A stretch of DNA of 64,000 nt from a virus. A program made the translations under genes and the position numbers. Where the stretch lies: positions 32,001 through 96,000 of the IMG/VR virus record IMGVR_UViG_3300029267_002377, one strand, 5' to 3'. Of the stretch, positions 58,647 to 64,000 are shown one piece after another. The notes beneath the pieces are model-generated. The model was given only the letters and a program-made list of their open reading frames with translations. It had not been told where the DNA came from and did no database searches. Numbering within the stretch: position 1 is the stretch's first letter; each line of letters begins with the position of its first letter.

Positions 58647-59320
58647 TGGAAGAACTCGTCAGCGTTGTCGTCCTTTGCTATGGCAAGTGGTATCTAACCT
58701 CCGCTTTCCTCGACTCCTTCTTCTCATGGTTGGATTACCCGAGTGAGTTGATAATCCTCGATAACGGATCCCCAGATGGCGGAGAGACTTGGGAAGAACT
58801 ACAGAGAGTCTCTGAGGGCTGGAATCATGTCTGGCTCAAGGATTTTCAAATTCTCCAATCTGAGGAGAATTTGGGGGTGCCTGGTGGGTGGAACTTTGGA
58901 ATTCGCCACTCAAGGGGCGACTACATCTGCTTGATAAACAATGATATGGTCATCCAGGGCCCCGTTTTGACTCCCATGCTGGTTACTCTAAAGGAGAATC
59001 CCAACTGTGGGTGTACTGGTATGCAGCACATGGTTTGGGCTGGAATTCCCTTTATCGAAGGAAGTCTGTGGATGTTTTCGAGGGGGGTTTGGGAAGAGGT
59101 AGGAGAGTTTGATGAGAGCTACTGGCCCGGCACTTGCGAAGACGTTGACTGGCAAATTCGAATGAGGGAGAAGGGATGGGTTGAAAAACCTACTTTTGGG
59201 TTGAAAGTGTTCCACCACAAGCACCAGTCACGCGAAGGCGTGCTAGGTCCGTTAGAGGTTCACAGGAACAAGTTGTACCTTTGTGGCAAGTTTAACCTTG
59301 ATGTATCAATTATAGACTAA
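58646..59320 (+). CDS. glycosyltransferase family 2
   Basis: VSVVVL, ILDNGSPD, WNFGI, INND, EDVD. Confidence 0.9.
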   Translation: MEELVSVVVLCYGKWYLTSAFLDSFFSWLDYPSELIILDNGSPDGGETWEELQRVSEGWNHVWLKDFQILQSEENLGVPGGWNFGIRHSRGDYICLINNDMVIQGPVLTPMLVTLKENPNCGCTGMQHMVWAGIPFIEGSLWMFSRGVWEEVGEFDESYWPGTCEDVDWQIRMREKGWVEKPTFGLKVFHHKHQSREGVLGPLEVHRNKLYLCGKFNLDVSIID

Positions 59321-59321
59321 T

Positions 59322-60761
59322 ATGGAACTACTAGACCTATATCACACGTGCGCGGAAGAGAAACGGCAGGGCAAGAAAATTGTCCTTTGTCACGGTGTTT
59401 TCGATGTAGTACATGCGGGGCATATTCAGCACCTAAAAGAAGCAAAAAGCTGCGGCGATATACTGGTTGTTACTTTAACACCAGATGAGTTTGTACGAAA
59501 GGGTCCCAGCCGCCCGGTTTTCAACCAACAAACGAGAGCTTCTGTCGTAGAGGCGATTAGGTATGTAGATTTAGTCGCCGTAAATGAATCCCCAGATGCT
59601 ATGGATGTTTTGGAAGCGATTCGGCCAGACGTCTATTGTAAAGGAGAGGAAGTTTTAGATTGCCCTTCCAACCATATTATCAAAGAAAAAGAGTTTGTAG
59701 AAGGTTACGGGGGACGAGTTGCCCTTCTGAGGATGATAGGTGACTTTTCATCTTCGAAAGTAATCAACCAAACATCTCTTGGCCCAGACCTTGAGAGACT
59801 TATTGCCAAAGTAAAGAATCTCGTTAGTTATCGCGACATTGAAAATTATTTTACAGAACTTAGAGATCTCAAGGTTTTGGTTGTTGGAGAATACATTCGA
59901 GATGAGTATGTGCTCTGTAGGGCATTAAATCGCTCCTCAAAAGATGTTATGGTTCCGATGCAGCATCTAAGTGAGGACACGTACGCAGGAGGGGCAGCAG
60001 TAGTTGCACGTAATTTAGCTCAGTTTTGTGAAAATGTTTCTTTGGTTACTTGCGGCGATAACCTTGCCTTACAGGGAATCACCACACACCTATGCTCGCA
60101 CCCAACCATCCGCAAACGGCGGCTGATAGAAAAGGGGACAAGTAGCAAGGTCGCAGAAGAGATACATCTCGATGAAGACTACCCAGAGACCATTCGCAGA
60201 GACTTAGAAAACTCCGTTGGTGCACTTCTTGGTTCTGTAGATGCTGTTATAGTTTGCGATTATGGTCATGGGCTGTTTACAAAAGATCTAATTGGTTACA
60301 TTATCGGAGAATCTCCCTTCTTGGCAGTCAACGTTCAAACCAATTCAGCCAACTATGGTTATAACCTAGTTACCAAATGGTATGATGTAGACTATGCTGT
60401 TATTGATGAGAAAGAGCTTAGATTGGCTTGCGGCGATAAGAAAGGAGCTATTGGGGATTTAGCAGCCAACCTAGACGTGGCAAATATTTTAGCAGTTACT
60501 CTCGGGCACGAGGGATCTGTCACCTACCAAGGAGGAGGATTCGTTGAGTATTTTCCTCCAGTGGCATCCTCTGTTGTAGACACAGTAGGAGCAGGGGATG
60601 CGTTTTTATCAATCACTGCTCCTTTGGTCGCTTTAGGACTTCCGCTGACTGTAGTTGGGCTCCTAGGCAACGCCTATGGGGCAATGAAGGTGTCAATATT
60701 TGGAAACAAGCCGGTTGACCCAATTGAATTTAAGAAGTTTATCAAAGGATTACTGGCATGA
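59322..60761 (+). CDS. nucleotidyltransferase + PfkB sugar kinase fusion (HldE/RfaE-like, transferase first)
   Basis: HGVFDVVHAGH; DYGHG; DTVGAGDAF. Confidence 0.9.
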   Translation: MELLDLYHTCAEEKRQGKKIVLCHGVFDVVHAGHIQHLKEAKSCGDILVVTLTPDEFVRKGPSRPVFNQQTRASVVEAIRYVDLVAVNESPDAMDVLEAIRPDVYCKGEEVLDCPSNHIIKEKEFVEGYGGRVALLRMIGDFSSSKVINQTSLGPDLERLIAKVKNLVSYRDIENYFTELRDLKVLVVGEYIRDEYVLCRALNRSSKDVMVPMQHLSEDTYAGGAAVVARNLAQFCENVSLVTCGDNLALQGITTHLCSHPTIRKRRLIEKGTSSKVAEEIHLDEDYPETIRRDLENSVGALLGSVDAVIVCDYGHGLFTKDLIGYIIGESPFLAVNVQTNSANYGYNLVTKWYDVDYAVIDEKELRLACGDKKGAIGDLAANLDVANILAVTLGHEGSVTYQGGGFVEYFPPVASSVVDTVGAGDAFLSITAPLVALGLPLTVVGLLGNAYGAMKVSIFGNKPVDPIEFKKFIKGLLA

Positions 60762-61714
60762 GAGTTCTGGTTGTTGGTGGGGCAGGGTATGTGGGGCATG
60801 TTTTGGTTCCTACATTAGTCAAGCGTGGCCACGATGTCGTAGTAGCTGATTGGTTACTGTTCGATGAGTGGCCAGAGGGCAGTATTGAAAACATCCAAGT
60901 TGACATTCGGGAGCCGACTGAGGGGTTTACCAAAGCTCTCAGAGATGCAGATTGCATAGTCCACTTAGCAGCTATCAGTAATGACCCCTGCTCAGAGCTA
61001 GATGCTGATCTAACTTGGACAACCAATGTAGGTGGAACACTCAACGTCGTCAGAGGCTGTGGCTGCCAGCGGCTAATTTACGCTAGTTCATCCTCTGTCT
61101 ACGGTATATGTGAAGAGAAAGCTACAGAAAATAGTCCATTGAAACCACTAACGAGGTACTCCGCCTCCAAAGTTTGGGCGGAGCGGGTTGTAGAGCCCGA
61201 GATTCCAGATGTGGTTGTTGTAAGGCCAGCAACTCTGATGGGATACTCTCCTCGGATGCGGTTTGATCTCATGGTTAACGGGTTTACAGGACAGGCAGCA
61301 GAAGACGGTCAGATAGAGCTTTGGGGCGGGCAACAGTACCGCTCTCTTCTTCACATTCAAGACATGGTCAATTTCTATTGTACACTTGTTGAGTGGCCTG
61401 GGCTGATAGTACATCCAGAAGCCAATATTTTCAATGTCTCAGCTGTTAGCATGACCACAGGAGAAATTGCTCAACTGGTTAGTGATTGCACCGGGGCCGA
61501 GATCAACTTGATCGAAGAGTGCAGAGACAACAGATCCTACCAAGTTCGTGGGGATAGGGCGGAAGAGTATTTTCAATGGAAACCTCAGTATACCGTTGAA
61601 GACGCTATTATGGAAATCTTAGAGGCCATCCACGAAAGCAAAACGAGTCAAAATGACCCAAGAACCATCAATGTCAAGTGGATGAGAAAGAAGGGCTATG
61701 GATCCTCTTATTAA
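60758..61714 (+). CDS. NAD-dependent epimerase/dehydratase
   Basis: GGAGYVG, HLAA, SSSSVYG, YSASK. Confidence 0.92.
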   Translation: MRVLVVGGAGYVGHVLVPTLVKRGHDVVVADWLLFDEWPEGSIENIQVDIREPTEGFTKALRDADCIVHLAAISNDPCSELDADLTWTTNVGGTLNVVRGCGCQRLIYASSSSVYGICEEKATENSPLKPLTRYSASKVWAERVVEPEIPDVVVVRPATLMGYSPRMRFDLMVNGFTGQAAEDGQIELWGGQQYRSLLHIQDMVNFYCTLVEWPGLIVHPEANIFNVSAVSMTTGEIAQLVSDCTGAEINLIEECRDNRSYQVRGDRAEEYFQWKPQYTVEDAIMEILEAIHESKTSQNDPRTINVKWMRKKGYGSSY

Positions 61715-62573
61715 AGATATGTTGCGTATAAGGCGGTTTGAGGAGGAAGTCTCAAACCGCTATATGTCTGAGCTGCTGATGCGTTGTCCGATCCACCTCT
61801 GCAACGGGCAAGAGGCAGTAGCTGTCGGTGTCTGTTCTTACCTTAAACAAACAGACTGGGTATTTCCTTCTCATAGAAATCATCATTGGTACCTGGCCAA
61901 GGGCGGAGATATACGAGCCTTGGCCGCTGAGCTGTACAGCAAAAAAACTGGCTGCTCAGGCGGCATGGGTGGTTCAATGCACGTCGTAGATACGGAAGTT
62001 GGGGTCAGTCTTTCCTCATCAATCGTCGCCTCCAACATTCCAGTAGCTGTCGGTGCCGCCTGGGCCTTCAAAATGAAAGGAACAGGACAAATCGCGGTCG
62101 CTCCCTTTGGAGATGGGGCTCTCGATGAAGGGGTTTTTTGGGAGTCTTTAAACTTTGCGGCATTGAAAAAGCTTCCTGTTCTATTTGTGCTGGAAGACAA
62201 TGGGTATGCCACACACTCTCCTACTGAGAGCAGGTTCTGCGGGTCTGTCAAGCATAAGGTTGAGAGTTTTGGTGCAGTATATGGATTTGTGAAAGGCAAC
62301 GATCCGTTTAAGGTAAAAGAGAAGATAGAATTCTTAGTCCGGTCGGTTCGAGATAATCATCCAGCGCTTCTTCACTGCAAAGTTTGTAGGTGGATGGAGC
62401 ATGTAGGACCGGGGGAGGATTTTCATTTAGGATATAGGGACGATGTAGCTATTCGATTGGATCAAGAATTGGATTTGTTGCGGGGAGTAAAAGATACTAC
62501 GGTGAACGAAGAAGTTAAAGATGCCTTTGAGTTTGCTAGGGTTTCGGAGTTCCCAGAGAGCTGTTTCGTATGA
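61698..62573 (+). CDS. TPP-dependent dehydrogenase E1 alpha-like subunit
   Basis: HL..GQEA, GGSMH, GDGA...EDN TPP motif. Confidence 0.92.
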   Translation: MDPLIKDMLRIRRFEEEVSNRYMSELLMRCPIHLCNGQEAVAVGVCSYLKQTDWVFPSHRNHHWYLAKGGDIRALAAELYSKKTGCSGGMGGSMHVVDTEVGVSLSSSIVASNIPVAVGAAWAFKMKGTGQIAVAPFGDGALDEGVFWESLNFAALKKLPVLFVLEDNGYATHSPTESRFCGSVKHKVESFGAVYGFVKGNDPFKVKEKIEFLVRSVRDNHPALLHCKVCRWMEHVGPGEDFHLGYRDDVAIRLDQELDLLRGVKDTTVNEEVKDAFEFARVSEFPESCFV

Positions 62574-63490
62574 AAACGTACAAAGAAGCAATTCACGAGG
62601 CGCTGAAGATTGCACAAGAAGTTAACCCAACAGTTTTTGTTATGGGTGAGGGGGTTGATGATCCCAAAGGAGTGTTTGAGACTACCAAAGATCTTCCAAG
62701 GGCTTATGATATGCCACTCTGTGAAGAAGGATTCACTGGGTTTGCAATTGGAGCCGCTCTAATGGACATGCGACCCGTAATTGTACACGCACGCGTGGAT
62801 TTTATGCTGGTTGGAATGAACCAGCTAGTCAACATGGCCGCTAAAATCCACCACAGTTCGGGTGGCAAACAGCATGTGCCAATAGTGATCCGAGCTATTA
62901 TCGGAAAAGGCTGGGGGCAGGGCTCTCAACATTCTCAATCTCTTCTCTCAACGTTTGCCCACATTCCTGGACTAAAAGTAATTGCTCCCAGCAATGCTTA
63001 CGATGCAAAAGGCATGCTCCTGCACGCGATATTTGAGGAGCAGGATCCAGTTATTTTTATTGAGCACCGTAGACTCTATGATCTGGAGGATGAAGTTCCA
63101 GATGGGTATTACACAGAGTTTCCTGGAGTTAAGGTCGTTCGTTCAGGAGCTACAAAAACTATAGTTGGGATGTCTTACACAACCCCCCTAGCAATACACG
63201 AAAATCATGTGGCAGAGATTGTGGATGTCTCATCTCTGAGGTCTCTTTATGGTAAGGAACTTATTCTTAACTCTCTTAAGAGAACTGGATACATTGAGAT
63301 TTGGGAGCCGGATTGGATTGCTTGTGGTATATCTGCTGAAATCGCCGCCTGGGTAGCAGAGGAGTATTTAGGTGTGAGAAGAAAAGGATTTGCTGATTGT
63401 CCTTCTCCTACTTCCTGGAAATTGGAAGAGGATTTCTATGGAACAAAAGGTCTTCCTGGAGAGTGTATCCCTGGTGAAGGACCATTTTAA
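62570..63490 (+). CDS. TPP-dependent dehydrogenase E1 beta-like subunit
   Basis: MGEGV, PLCE, G.QHSQ, PVIFIEHR. Confidence 0.9.
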   Translation: MKTYKEAIHEALKIAQEVNPTVFVMGEGVDDPKGVFETTKDLPRAYDMPLCEEGFTGFAIGAALMDMRPVIVHARVDFMLVGMNQLVNMAAKIHHSSGGKQHVPIVIRAIIGKGWGQGSQHSQSLLSTFAHIPGLKVIAPSNAYDAKGMLLHAIFEEQDPVIFIEHRRLYDLEDEVPDGYYTEFPGVKVVRSGATKTIVGMSYTTPLAIHENHVAEIVDVSSLRSLYGKELILNSLKRTGYIEIWEPDWIACGISAEIAAWVAEEYLGVRRKGFADCPSPTSWKLEEDFYGTKGLPGECIPGEGPF

Positions 63491-64000
63491 TGCTAGAAAG
63501 TTGGGTAATTGTTTCGACTATACGGTTGAACAGCGCGATAAAAATAGCAGAAGAAGTACTAAAAACAGAATGCAACCTCGCAATAGGAGTTAACGGAGAC
63601 AAAAGTATTTTCAAAGGATTACAAGAAATCCAAAGAAAGCACCCTCAACAGTTCTTACTGAGGCTGGGAAATTGGCGGCAATCTGTTGAGGTTACTAACG
63701 AGTTATACGGCATTCTAAGAACCCGCAATCCGAGCAAAAATATCCTTGCGTTTCCCCTGCCGGACGACATGAGATTGAATGCCGGTTGGTATGAGGGGTT
63801 TGCAAAGGGGTATAATGACGCCGGTCAGCCCGGTGTGGCTGTTTTGGCGGGGAATGATGGGCGTACCAATTGTAACGTAGCCGGGTTTGCTGGGCTCACC
63901 GCTGAGTATTGTGACATCCACCAAAATGGGTGGCTTCTGTGCCCTGAGTATCTTCATTGGTATTTGGATTTTGAGATAACCAGGGTAGCGTTGAGGCTCG
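63490..64000 (+). CDS. glycosyltransferase-like protein, 3'-truncated by window edge
   Basis: Open from ATG 63490 to the end; PDD and YLHWYLDFE motifs. Confidence 0.5.
   Translation, partial: MLESWVIVSTIRLNSAIKIAEEVLKTECNLAIGVNGDKSIFKGLQEIQRKHPQQFLLRLGNWRQSVEVTNELYGILRTRNPSKNILAFPLPDDMRLNAGWYEGFAKGYNDAGQPGVAVLAGNDGRTNCNVAGFAGLTAEYCDIHQNGWLLCPEYLHWYLDFEITRVALRL

Noticed and set aside
61698-63490. Pyruvate dehydrogenase auxiliary metabolic genes
   Set aside because: Context is sugar-nucleotide and glycosyltransferase genes, with no E2/E3 in the window.
1-64000. Genome-wide TGA reassignment
   Set aside because: Many genes end at TGA with coupled downstream starts, so any recoding is site-specific.

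Overview
The whole window reads as part of a large tailed-phage genome. No integrase, rRNA or host housekeeping operon is visible. Left arm (1-21.7 kb): replication and DNA-modification genes, including a Ro60/TROVE C-terminus, DnaX clamp loader, primase-like protein, DnaB, QueD/QueE/FolE, DNA methyltransferases, a PLP enzyme, PolA, beta-clamp, a Cas4-like nuclease and thioredoxin. Middle (21.8-44.9 kb): packaging and head genes (putative TerS, TerL, portal, MuF, prohead protease/scaffold, and a major capsid gene split by a group I intron), interleaved with six ORFs that share a GGPGSGHWGHxGRKGKRGGS motif and carry ADP-ribosyltransferase-like or metallopeptidase domains. 45-54 kb: a divergent block around back-to-back sigma70-type promoters, with several structured RNA candidates. 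Right end: lysis-like genes and a glycan/sugar biosynthesis cluster. The most striking signal is five arrays of 13-17 GGY-NN pentamers around a stand-alone RAMP/Cas7-like gene and two HNH nucleases, a candidate RNA-guided system resembling the VIPR systems I recall being reported. Other notable signals are two in-frame TGA codons with SECIS-like hairpins (MuF and an unlisted small ORF), a C-terminal [G/A/E]DF tag on seven replication-region proteins, and a 14-bp palindrome found six times. All family calls come from motif recognition by eye; no database search was run.
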